Source: a virus
Lineage: Duplodnaviria > Caudoviricetes
IMG/VR virus record: IMGVR_UViG_3300044788_000027
Coordinates: 1-45,599 of that record
Strand: one strand, 5' to 3'
DNA: 45,599 nucleotides
The translations under genes and the position numbers were made by a program. Shown here piece after piece: positions 1 through 7,857 of the stretch; within the stretch, counting starts at the first letter, position 1, and every line of letters begins with the position of its first letter. Under the pieces are notes generated by a model, which saw only the letters and a program-made list of their open reading frames with translations, made no database searches and was not told the origin of the DNA.

Positions 1-201
1 GATCCTCGGCGACCTTGAGGTCGGCACGGCGCTCGCGCGCCGGCACGGCGACGTTCCCGACGTCGGGACGGCGTGGTTCCCGCTCGAGCACGACAACGGC
101 ACGCTCGGCGAAGAGGCCGCGCTCGGCGCGCTCGGCCTGGTCGAGATCAAGCTGACCGACGCCGAAGAGGCGATCCTCGCGCAGCCCGTGCCCGTCACGG
201 C
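1..201. repeat. Terminal direct repeat, left copy (circular overlap)
   Basis: Matches 45399-45599 except T74 vs G45472. Confidence 0.95.
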
Positions 202-994
202 CGTGCTCATCAAACCGACCGGGCAGCCCTATCTCTCGCACCCGAGTTACACGCAGTGGTTCAACCGCGCGTTCGGCCGCCTGGGGTGGGCGATCGTCCC
301 GAAGGCGAAGCCCCGCATGGCCGACAAGACGATTAGCTGCCCCTACATCCTCTACATCCACGGCAAGCCCGCCGCGTTCGCGCTCGGTGAGCAGGAATAC
401 CACGAGAGCAACAAGGAGCAGACCTACGGCGACGCCTACGAGGCGACCGTCGCGAGCGCGCTGCGACGCTGCGCGAAACGCCTCGGCGTCGGGCTCGAGC
501 TCTGGGATCGCACCTGGCTGCAGACGTTCATCGATCAGCACTGCGTCAAGGTCTGGTGTGGCGACGACCCCAAACCGAAATGGCGGCGCCGGCAGGATCC
601 GCCGTTCTGGAACGAGAAGACGGCCGCGGGCCGAAAGGAGCAGAGCACTGTGCGACACGAAGCCAACGACGACGATCAGCGCCGCGAGCAGCGCCGGCCG
701 CCATCCGCCGGCCACGACGGCCGCGGCGACGAGCTCATCACACAAGCCCACGTAGACGCCGCCGGCGTGAAGAAACTCGGCCAGGTCGAGCGGCTCGGGA
801 TCATTCTGCGGAATAGCGGGCGCGACGTCATGCAGTTCAAGATGTGGCTGGTGCGCAACTACAACATCGACAGTCGGAAGCTGATCAAGCGCCGCGACTA
901 CGATGCCATCTGCGCGGCCATCGAGGCGCCGGGCGAGCTGCCGGAACGATCGGATCCGTTCCCCGCGGTGCGCGAGCCAGGGCAGGAGGGGTAA
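2..994 (+). CDS. Mgm101/Rad52(Sak)-family ssDNA annealing protein, 3' part (gene crosses the circular junction, start about 45235)
   Basis: EAILAQP..LIKPTGQPYLSHPSYTQWFNRAFGRLGW..GEQEY..ALRRCAKRLGVGLELWD matches the Mgm101p/Rad52 core as I recall it; frame stays open across the junction. Confidence 0.8.
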   Translation: MLGDLEVGTALARRHGDVPDVGTAWFPLEHDNGTLGEEAALGALGLVEIKLTDAEEAILAQPVPVTAVLIKPTGQPYLSHPSYTQWFNRAFGRLGWAIVPKAKPRMADKTISCPYILYIHGKPAAFALGEQEYHESNKEQTYGDAYEATVASALRRCAKRLGVGLELWDRTWLQTFIDQHCVKVWCGDDPKPKWRRRQDPPFWNEKTAAGRKEQSTVRHEANDDDQRREQRRPPSAGHDGRGDELITQAHVDAAGVKKLGQVERLGIILRNSGRDVMQFKMWLVRNYNIDSRKLIKRRDYDAICAAIEAPGELPERSDPFPAVREPGQEG

Positions 995-1210
995 ATGATC
1001 GAGCTCTGCAACGGCTACGGCAAGCGCGTCGTGCTCAACGCGGACGGCCGCGGAACGTGCCCGCTCTGCGGCGCGATCGCCAAGGTGTTCTCGGTTAAAG
1101 TGCCTGTCGATTTCAAGTTCAAGCGTGACCGCAAGTTCCACGCACCACACGGCCGGATCAACCGGCATCCGCCGCTCGAGAGGAAAGGCACTGATGGCCC
1201 TGCCGTTTAA
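995..1210 (+). CDS. Small Zn-ribbon protein
   Basis: CPLC motif; ATG directly follows the upstream stop; GGAGG upstream. Confidence 0.55.
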   Translation: MIELCNGYGKRVVLNADGRGTCPLCGAIAKVFSVKVPVDFKFKRDRKFHAPHGRINRHPPLERKGTDGPAV

Positions 1211-1586
1211 GCCTGAAGACTTCCGCCGCATGGCCGAGCTACAGGGCGCGCTGACGGAGGTGCTCGCGCGCGCCAACGATCAGAAGCTCGAGGCGGCCAT
1301 CGCCGCGTTCGCGCTGATCCGCTGCGCGCGCACGCTGCTCGACCACTACCAGCCCGAGACGCGCGCCTGGCTGGTCAACATGGTCGTCGTGCCGTTCCTC
1401 GGCGGCGAGCCATTCGACGCCGTTACATCCCCGCCACCAGACCTGAAGGCGATCCGAGTGGTCGAGGAAGTTGCCAACCGGGCCCTGGCGCCGAATGCCT
1501 GTCGGTGCGGTCATGAGCATCACGGGATCCGGTGTCCGCATTGCCTCAATTGTCAGGCTCACATTGTCGGAGGGTCGAAGTCATGA
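1194..1586 (+). CDS. Hypothetical protein with C-terminal Cys/His Zn finger
   Basis: AAAGG before ATG1194; CRCGHEHHGIRCPHCLNC. Confidence 0.6.
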   Translation: MALPFKPEDFRRMAELQGALTEVLARANDQKLEAAIAAFALIRCARTLLDHYQPETRAWLVNMVVVPFLGGEPFDAVTSPPPDLKAIRVVEEVANRALAPNACRCGHEHHGIRCPHCLNCQAHIVGGSKS

Positions 1587-1711
1587 GCAAGAAGAAACCG
1601 GAACCTCGAGTCAAGCGGGACCTGGGCGGCCTGACGCCGAAGCGATTCCAGGGAGCTGATAGCCACCCCTCGACCGCTCGATCGATCGACCGAACGGCCT
1701 TGAAACACTGA
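1583..1711 (+). CDS. Small basic hypothetical protein (42 aa)
   Basis: GGAGG SD, ATGA overlap with upstream stop; MSKKKPEPRVKR...; fills the gap. Confidence 0.45.
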   Translation: MSKKKPEPRVKRDLGGLTPKRFQGADSHPSTARSIDRTALKH

Positions 1712-1712
1712 G

Positions 1713-2300
1713 ATGCTCGAGCTGCTGCGGCCGTTCCGCTTCGATGCCGACCCGCACGTCTACATCGACCTCGAGACGGGCGCCGAGGTGCCGCACATCA
1801 CCGGCATGCTCGAGGCGACCGGCTGGATCGATCGCCAGTGGTTCACCGAGGACGCGAGCGACCGCGGCACGGCCGTGCACAAGCTGACGGCCGACTACGA
1901 CCTCGGCGCCCTAGACATCGATCGGCTCGTCTCGCGCTATCGGCCTTGGGTGCTTGGCTACATCTACGCGATGAACGTGCTGCGGCCGGAGATCCTCAGC
2001 GTCGAGGAACCGCTGATCATGCAGCGCGGACTGATCTGGGGCGGCCGGCCCGATCGCGCCGTGCGCGTCGCGGGTGAGACTGGCCCGCTCGAGGTGAAGA
2101 GCGGCGACCCGCACAAGAGCCATGAGGTGCAGACCGCGCTGCAGGCGATTCTGCTTGAGCAGCGGCTCGAGGTGCCCGCGGAGTATCAGGCCCGCTACTG
2201 CGTCTATGTGCGCGAGAACGGACGGGCTAAAGTAGAGCGCCATGAACGGCGCGCGGACATCCGCAACGCGAGAGAGGTGATCTCAAAATGCTGTCGATGA
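1713..2300 (+). CDS. PD-(D/E)XK exonuclease (RecB/Cas4-like phage type)
   Basis: RGTAVH..VEE..GRPDR..LEVKSG..Q motifs; near the annealing protein, as in recombination pairs. Confidence 0.75.
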   Translation: MLELLRPFRFDADPHVYIDLETGAEVPHITGMLEATGWIDRQWFTEDASDRGTAVHKLTADYDLGALDIDRLVSRYRPWVLGYIYAMNVLRPEILSVEEPLIMQRGLIWGGRPDRAVRVAGETGPLEVKSGDPHKSHEVQTALQAILLEQRLEVPAEYQARYCVYVRENGRAKVERHERRADIRNAREVISKCCR

Positions 2301-2409
2301 TGCTCTCGATCTGGCGCTGGTTGACGGACCCCTCACCGAATCCGCGGCAGGTGTCTGAGGCCTGGCGCCGCGAACACGGCTACGGCTGGCGACCGGAGCG
2401 GCGCGACTG

Positions 2410-2964
2410 ATGGCTGACAGCAAGATCGACTGGAACCAGCTGGCGCTGCCGAAGGTCAAGACCGGCAGCAAGCCGAAGACGAAGGAGCGCGCCGGCCGGG
2501 CGCGTAAGGCGAAGACGACCGAGCTCTCGAGCAAGCAGCAGGTGCGCCTGCTCGATCGCTACTGTCGGTTTCCGAAATGCGGCTGCCGACGCACCGGCCA
2601 CGCCACGGCCGTCGCGCACCTGAAGCACAAGGGCATGGGCGGCAACCCCAAGGGCGACCGCTCGAAACTCTACGGCCTGATCCTGCTCTGCGCGCCGCGA
2701 CATCGCGAGCACCCCGTGAGCCTCGACCGCGGCACGCTGAAGATCACGCCGACGTCGATGGCCGGCACGCGCGGCGCGTGCTTTTGGTATGTCCACTACC
2801 CGAGCCTGCAGCTGCCGCCGCAAATGATCGCGGCCTGGCGAGGCGGGCCGAACATGACGATCGAGTGGTTCCTACTCGCGCATGAAACCGCGCCGCACCA
2901 GTTCGCGCCGTTCACCGGCGAGCAGCTCGCCGTGCTCGCGCACCTCGCCGCAATGACCCGATAA
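2410..2964 (+). CDS. HNH-like (Zn-binding) nuclease
   Basis: CRFPKC..AHLKHKGMGG..LILLCAPRH. Confidence 0.6.
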   Translation: MADSKIDWNQLALPKVKTGSKPKTKERAGRARKAKTTELSSKQQVRLLDRYCRFPKCGCRRTGHATAVAHLKHKGMGGNPKGDRSKLYGLILLCAPRHREHPVSLDRGTLKITPTSMAGTRGACFWYVHYPSLQLPPQMIAAWRGGPNMTIEWFLLAHETAPHQFAPFTGEQLAVLAHLAAMTR

Positions 2965-2967
2965 CAA

Positions 2968-3002
2968 TCGGGTAAGAATGGCATTCTTTCCCGAGCTATA
3001 AT
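2968..3002 (+). promoter_or_regulatory. Palindromic operator-like site followed by TATAAT
   Basis: TCGGGTAAGAATG-G-CATTCTTTCCCGA (2968-2994); TATAAT 2997-3002; ATG 3010. Confidence 0.5.
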
Positions 3003-3009
3003 TCCGCGG

Positions 3010-3252
3010 ATGAACGACCCACACCACCGGCCCACGCTGAAGCTCGCCATCACGGACGACGGCAAGGCGTTCGAGTTCGAGGGCGAGGCGACGATCGTTG
3101 AGCTCCTGCCCGCGATCCGTGCCGTGTTCGGCACGCCAACGGAACCCGTCGATCAACAAATGGCCGTCACCGCGCTCGTCGCCCGCATCCGCCTGGCAAG
3201 CGATCGCCTGAAGGCGCGGATCGAGGCCAGCACACCGGAGGTTGATTGCTGA
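3010..3252 (+). CDS. Hypothetical protein
   Basis: ORF after TATAAT; TGATG coupling to next gene. Confidence 0.55.
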   Translation: MNDPHHRPTLKLAITDDGKAFEFEGEATIVELLPAIRAVFGTPTEPVDQQMAVTALVARIRLASDRLKARIEASTPEVDC

Positions 3253-3719
3253 TGAAATACTGCACGCTGATCGCGCTGCTCGCGTTCGCGGATCCGGCCG
3301 CGGCGCAAGCGCCTCTCGTCAATCCGTCGCGCGTCGCGTTCGAGAGCAGCGGCCATACGACCGTGCTCTCGGATCTGGTCACTCCGGAGATCACGACCTA
3401 CCAGGGCCTACTGTTCGACGTGAACGCGGACGCCGCAACCGCCACGCCGCTCGTTACGGGGCCGGCCGTGCCGAAAAGTCTGGTCGTCGTGCTCACGCCG
3501 ACCACCACGCCGCCGAGCTACACGTTGACGCTCGCGCAACTCGGCATCGTGCCGCCGCCGTGCACGCTGCCCCAGGCGAACTGCCCCGTGTATAAGGCCA
3601 CACTAATCGCCGCACGCCCTGGTGCGAGCTCAGCGCGTTCGACGGCTACCGGCCCTTTTTCGGCCGGCTCGACAGCAGTGCCCCCTGTCGCGCCGGCGAA
3701 CGTCAGGGCACTGCCATAG
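3252..3719 (+). CDS. Exported beta-sandwich (FN3/Ig-like) protein
   Basis: Signal peptide MKYCTLIALLAFADPAAAQ; C-terminal PPVAPANVR. Confidence 0.55.
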   Translation: MKYCTLIALLAFADPAAAQAPLVNPSRVAFESSGHTTVLSDLVTPEITTYQGLLFDVNADAATATPLVTGPAVPKSLVVVLTPTTTPPSYTLTLAQLGIVPPPCTLPQANCPVYKATLIAARPGASSARSTATGPFSAGSTAVPPVAPANVRALP

Positions 3720-3764
3720 TCCCCGGCCGCGACCTCGCGACGGGCAAAGTGATCACGATTCGGA

Positions 3765-3793
3765 TCGACGGCTGCATCCGACCCTAGTAGAAT
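3765..3793 (+). promoter_or_regulatory. Putative sigma70 promoter
   Basis: TCGACG-17 bp-TAGAAT upstream of ATG3834. Confidence 0.4.
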
Positions 3794-3833
3794 CGTGGCG
3801 CTGTTTCGTAAACTTTTTCTGGGAGAACCGCCG

Positions 3834-4037
3834 ATGCTGGACCTGACTGACCTCACTGCTGAAGTCGATCGCCTCGAGTCTGTGGACGCTTCTGCCGAAC
3901 TCCTGCTCAAGCAGCTGTTCGACGCGGTCGAAGCAAACATCAACGATCCCGCCGCGCTGCAGGCGCTCGTCGATCGGGCGCGCGCCGCGAGCGATAGCCT
4001 GGTCGCCGCGATTTCCGCGAACACGCCGGCCGCCTGA
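3834..4037 (+). CDS. Small helical/coiled-coil phage protein
   Basis: GGGAGA SD before ATG3834; amphipathic helices ending ANTPAA. Confidence 0.6.
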   Translation: MLDLTDLTAEVDRLESVDASAELLLKQLFDAVEANINDPAALQALVDRARAASDSLVAAISANTPAA

Positions 4038-4051
4038 TCGCCAGCCGCGCC

Positions 4052-4097
4052 AGCTGCCGGCGAGGGGTATCGCCTGGCCGGCAGCTTCTTCTGGTTT
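4052..4097 (+). terminator. Intrinsic terminator-like hairpin
   Basis: AGCTGCCGGC...GCCGGCAGCT then TCTTCTGGTTT. Confidence 0.6.
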
Positions 4098-4107
4098 ACA
4101 CTCCTGC

Positions 4108-4140
4108 ATTGTTGACAACAATCCGGGCATCTGTCATGCT
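4108..4140 (+). promoter_or_regulatory. Sigma70 promoter with palindromic operator over -35
   Basis: ATTGTTG-A-CAACAAT (4108-4122) contains TTGACA; 17 bp to CATGCT, preceded by TGn; GGAGG SD follows. Confidence 0.65.
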
Positions 4141-4158
4141 CGCGCCGGAGGTGTGGAC

Positions 4159-5169
4159 ATGGCAAAAGCAACACGGGCGGCAGCGAACCGCCCCGATCAG
4201 CTCGCGGTGATTGACATCGCGCAGCAGCAGGGACTCGACGAGCAGGGTCTTGTGCGGGAGGTCGGCGCCAACGTCATCGCGTTCGTCGGCAGCCTGGCGC
4301 TCTTCTTCAAGACGGCGACGGCGCTCGAGGCGAAGGCCAAGGGCACGCTCGCGATCGCGCAGCAGCTCAAGGCGCAGCCGCCGAAGAACGGCGCCGACGA
4401 CGAAGTGCTGCAGCGCTTCATCATCCGCGCCCGCGAGGAATACAAGGGCGTCACGGCCCACTGGGAAATCACCAGCAAGATCTCGAAGTTCCACAAGACG
4501 TTGACCGCGGCCCGCGCGCGCGCCACCGACGCGCTCGAGGAAGCCGGCAAGATCGCGACTGAGTTGCATAACGACTACACGCGCGCCGAGCAGCGCCGTG
4601 TCGAAGCAGAGAACCAGCGCCGCGAGGATCAGGCCCGGAGCGACCAGCAGGCGATCCGCGATCGCGAGCTCGCCGAGGCCGAGGCCGCGGCCATTGCCGA
4701 AGAGGCGAAAAGCGAGAAGCTCTCGCTGCGTGAGGGGATGTTCCTCGAGAAGTATCTGGCGACCGGGAACGCGATCCTCGCCGCGCGCCACGCCGGCTAT
4801 CGAGACGCCGCCGCGCAGGCGCCGAAGCTGATCGCCTCGGCGAAGATCATCGACGCGATTGCCGGCAAGCGTGAGGCCGACGAGCTCCGCAAGCAGGCCG
4901 CGGCGCTCGCGACAAAGCCGCTCGACCCGGTGCACATCGAAGAGGTCAAGGCCGACGTCGGCAAGGCGGGCAGCGACCGCACGACCTACTCGGCGAAGGT
5001 CACCGACGCGGCGCTGTTCATCAAGGCCGTCATCGCGCAGACCCACGGGATCCCCGTGTCGTGCCTGGCGATCGACCAGACGCAGCTGAACATCTGTGCG
5101 CGGGACTTCCGCGAGCTGATCAACCGCTGGCCCGGCGTCGAGCTGGTGAAAAAGACGGGGGTGATCTGA
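4159..5169 (+). CDS. Coiled-coil phage protein with an inserted TerS-like HTH
   Basis: Long Ala/Glu/Arg helices; internal LSLREGMFLEKYLATGNAILAARHAGY. Confidence 0.7.
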   Translation: MAKATRAAANRPDQLAVIDIAQQQGLDEQGLVREVGANVIAFVGSLALFFKTATALEAKAKGTLAIAQQLKAQPPKNGADDEVLQRFIIRAREEYKGVTAHWEITSKISKFHKTLTAARARATDALEEAGKIATELHNDYTRAEQRRVEAENQRREDQARSDQQAIRDRELAEAEAAAIAEEAKSEKLSLREGMFLEKYLATGNAILAARHAGYRDAAAQAPKLIASAKIIDAIAGKREADELRKQAAALATKPLDPVHIEEVKADVGKAGSDRTTYSAKVTDAALFIKAVIAQTHGIPVSCLAIDQTQLNICARDFRELINRWPGVELVKKTGVI

Positions 5170-5504
5170 TGGACACCGAAACCCGCCTGCCGGAAGACGT
5201 CTACTCGAAGATGCTCGCGCGCGTCATCGACCACCCGGAGGCGACCACGCTGGCCGCCTCGACGATCGACTTGGTGACGCTGCTCGGCCACACGCAGACC
5301 TGGATCGTCAAGGTCGTGCGCATCGCCGGCCGCGACACCGCGTTTCTGCAGCGCATCGACGCTGAGGGCGGCATGCGCCTGGTGCTGCCGCCGGAAGTGA
5401 CCGCGGCGTATCGGCACCAGGCCGACCGCCTCGACGCTATCGGCCGCCGGCGCGCCGCGCGCAAGGCTGCCGCCACTCGTCGCGAAAAGAAAGGGGTGAA
5501 GTGA
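5169..5504 (+). CDS. Hypothetical protein
   Basis: TGATG coupling; phage-like codon use. Confidence 0.65.
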   Translation: MDTETRLPEDVYSKMLARVIDHPEATTLAASTIDLVTLLGHTQTWIVKVVRIAGRDTAFLQRIDAEGGMRLVLPPEVTAAYRHQADRLDAIGRRRAARKAAATRREKKGVK

Positions 5505-5806
5505 TGGAGCGCCGCACCTGGCCGAAGGATCTCGAGCAGGGCCCGACCTACAGCCCGAACGGCGGCATGCCGGCATCGAACCCGCCCGAGCTGCAGCTGG
5601 CGCCGTTCGCCATCGACTGTATCGATCGCCGGATCGCGCCGACACTCGAGCAGGTGATCACGCTGCCCGTGCTGGTGAACGGGCACGACTCTGGGATCTC
5701 GGTCTATGTGGCCGTGTCCGCGTTCGCGCCGCGCGTCAGCGACGGCTCGCTCAAACTGCTCGCCACAGTGATCGCCGACCTCGTGAACAATCCGGGGGTG
5801 CGCTGA
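5504..5806 (+). CDS. Hypothetical protein
   Basis: TGATG coupling at both ends. Confidence 0.55.
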   Translation: MERRTWPKDLEQGPTYSPNGGMPASNPPELQLAPFAIDCIDRRIAPTLEQVITLPVLVNGHDSGISVYVAVSAFAPRVSDGSLKLLATVIADLVNNPGVR

Positions 5807-5988
5807 TGTTCCACGAAAACGACGTTGTGAAGCGACTCGATAATGGCCGTCCGGTTCGCATCGTTGAGGTGCTGCCGAACGGCCTGCGAGTGTTCTACCG
5901 AACCGTCGATCTTCAGGACGGACACACAGCCATCTTCAGCCAGGAGCAGCTTCGCGCGCGCGTTGTGCTCGAGCAGGAAATGGCATGA
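5806..5988 (+). CDS. Small beta-barrel-like hypothetical protein
   Basis: Coupled start; GGGGG SD. Confidence 0.5.
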   Translation: MFHENDVVKRLDNGRPVRIVEVLPNGLRVFYRTVDLQDGHTAIFSQEQLRARVVLEQEMA

Positions 5989-6067
5989 CCGGCCGTGCCT
6001 GGCTCGCCGCCTACGTGGCCGTGCTCGCCGCCGGCGTGTTCCTCGCCGGCGTGCTCTGGGGATTCCG

Positions 6068-6268
6068 ATGATCTGCACGCACGCCGAGCTCTCCGACTCG
6101 ACCCACACCTCGAGCACGTGCTACGGCACGTTCTACATCTGCGCCGCCTGCGTGGCTCAGGGGCACATGCCGCCGATTGTCGAGTATCGGCGGCACCCGC
6201 TCCACGACACGAAGGGCTGCGAGTGCGAGCACGTCGATCACGCCAAGCCGATCGAGATTGTCGTATGA
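6068..6268 (+). CDS. Small Cys/His-rich protein
   Basis: ICAAC, CECEH; ATGA overlaps. Confidence 0.45.
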   Translation: MICTHAELSDSTHTSSTCYGTFYICAACVAQGHMPPIVEYRRHPLHDTKGCECEHVDHAKPIEIVV

Positions 6269-6537
6269 GCGCCCGCGTGATCGTCACCCTCAGCCAGCTG
6301 CACGACGTCGCGCGCCAGGTGCGCGAGCAGCGGGCCCACCTGACCGCCCTGCAGCGCGTCACTGCCCTATGCGGGTTGCAGGCCGCGGCGTTCGAGCTCG
6401 CGAGCCAGGTGCAGCTGCTCGAGCGCGACAACGCCGGCGAGGTGCTCGCCGACCTGTCGGCCTGGCGACGGGAGGCCGAGGTGCTGGTCGAAGTGGAGCG
6501 CGCCCTACTGCGCCGCGACCTCGAGGGGCGACGCTGA
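6265..6537 (+). CDS. Hypothetical helical protein
   Basis: Overlapping start and stop codons. Confidence 0.5.
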   Translation: MSARVIVTLSQLHDVARQVREQRAHLTALQRVTALCGLQAAAFELASQVQLLERDNAGEVLADLSAWRREAEVLVEVERALLRRDLEGRR

Positions 6538-6773
6538 TGCCCTGGCTGATGCTCACTCCGCGCGAGGTCGAGGACGTGTTCAGGGACAGCCCGAACCTAC
6601 AAGGCAATTCCCCGGCGCTCAGGGCCGTGCAGGAGCGGCTCAACCGCCTGACGGGCGAGGTCACCCTGTCAGACGAGCAGCTCGACGCCTGCAGGGCCGG
6701 CAGGACCAACTGGCGGGGCGGCCACGAACGCGCGATGAACGCCATCGTGCGCGCGGCCGACCGCATGGCCTGA
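6537..6773 (+). CDS. Hypothetical protein
   Basis: GAGGGG SD, TGATG coupling; ends just before the origin. Confidence 0.55.
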   Translation: MPWLMLTPREVEDVFRDSPNLQGNSPALRAVQERLNRLTGEVTLSDEQLDACRAGRTNWRGGHERAMNAIVRAADRMA

Positions 6774-6774
6774 C

Positions 6775-6995
6775 TTTTCAACAGGTTTTCCACAGGTTAT
6801 CCGCAACCTGTGGAAAACTCCCGACCCGCTCTAAGGGGATTCCCTTACCCGCCGGCGATTTTCACAAACCATCAACAGCTGCCTGTGCACGGTAACCTGC
6901 TGAGCCAATTGAGTTCTGAGCGGTTTTCCACATTTGCACAGGCCCTTCTTCTTCTTCTTATCCATACAAACCTATAAGAATCTAGGAATTAAGAG
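6775..6995 (+). other. oriC-like DnaA-dependent replication origin
   Basis: DnaA-box-like 9-mers TTTTCAACA 6775, TTTTCCACA 6786, TTATCCGCA 6797, inverted TGTGGAAAA 6809; TTTTCCACA 6924 / ATTTGCACA 6932, then GGCC, (CTT)5 trios at 6945-6959, then an AT-rich tract; only long AT-rich intergenic region. Confidence 0.8.
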
Positions 6996-7006
6996 CGCCG
7001 AACCCG

Positions 7007-7036
7007 TTGACAACAACCGGGTTTTTGACAACAATC
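7007..7036 (+). promoter_or_regulatory. Tandem TTGACAACAA operator/promoter motif
   Basis: TTGACAACAACC at 7007 and TTGACAACAATC at 7025; same motif as 4112, 34573, 44862. Confidence 0.55.
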
Positions 7037-7049
7037 GGCCGTTCCTGCG

Positions 7050-7583
7050 ATGGCATCCAACGCCGGCCGCGGCGCCTACTACAAAGGCCGCACGAAGAAG
7101 TGGCTGATCGCCCAAGGTTGGCAGGTGGCCGACCTCGAGGTGACGCGCTGGATCCATCCGCCCGGCCGCAGCGCTCTGCCAATCAAACGCGACCAATTGG
7201 GATCCGACTTGCTCGCCGTGAGCGCCCACCGCATCGCGTTCGTGCAGGTGAAGAGCGGCGCGCAGGCCGCCGGCGACACGCAGTTTCCTGACGCGCAGCG
7301 CGAGTTCCACCGCTTCACCTTCCCGCCGTTCGTGCGCCTCTTGATCGCCGCCTGGACGCCGGGCGCGCGGTTTCCTCGCCTGATCGTCGTCAACCCGAAG
7401 GAGATCACTGATGCCCAGGAAGCGACAACCGAAACCGGCCGGCCACGAACGACAGCAGCCCACACGCCAGGGCAAGCAGGCCGCAAAAGCCGTGCGCGAG
7501 AAGGTGCGGCAACCGCAGCAGCGCGCGCTGATCGAAGACGCCCGTATCGGGGCGCTCGACAAGATCGGCTACCGCTACGCTGA
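7050..7583 (+). CDS. PD-(D/E)XK nuclease, Hjc-type Holliday-junction-resolvase-like
   Basis: GAYYK..KKWLIAQGWQV..GSDLLAV..IAFVQVKS. Confidence 0.65.
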   Translation: MASNAGRGAYYKGRTKKWLIAQGWQVADLEVTRWIHPPGRSALPIKRDQLGSDLLAVSAHRIAFVQVKSGAQAAGDTQFPDAQREFHRFTFPPFVRLLIAAWTPGARFPRLIVVNPKEITDAQEATTETGRPRTTAAHTPGQAGRKSRAREGAATAAARADRRRPYRGARQDRLPLR

Positions 7584-7857
7584 GATCCGTGACGCGCGCA
7601 TCGAGCTCAATCGGCAAGAGAAAAAACTGAAGGCGCGGGCGATCGTCCTGATGCACCAGCACGGCAAGACCACCTACAAACACGAAGCGATCGAGATCGA
7701 GCTCGAGCCGGGCGAAGAGGACATCAAGGTCAAGGTGAAATCAGGCACCGAGATCAAGTCACACGGCGAAGCGAATCCCGACGACGGCACCGAGCTCGAG
7801 CAGGTGGAGAACGTCGATCTGCGCGAGCTGGAAGATCCGGCGCATGGAACGCGGTAA
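7411..7857 (+). CDS. Hypothetical protein (basic N-terminus, acidic C-terminus)
   Basis: AAGGAG SD; overlaps the upstream gene tail by about 170 bp. Confidence 0.65.
   Translation: MPRKRQPKPAGHERQQPTRQGKQAAKAVREKVRQPQQRALIEDARIGALDKIGYRYAEIRDARIELNRQEKKLKARAIVLMHQHGKTTYKHEAIEIELEPGEEDIKVKVKSGTEIKSHGEANPDDGTELEQVENVDLRELEDPAHGTR

Noticed and set aside
1713-2300. Cas4 indicating a CRISPR system
   Set aside because: No array or other cas genes; ordinary phage exonuclease context.
5807-5822. parS half-site TGTTCCACG
   Set aside because: Second half is absent.
6945-6959. (CTT)5 as a plain microsatellite
   Set aside because: Its position directly after tandem DnaA boxes and GGCC fits DnaA-trios better.
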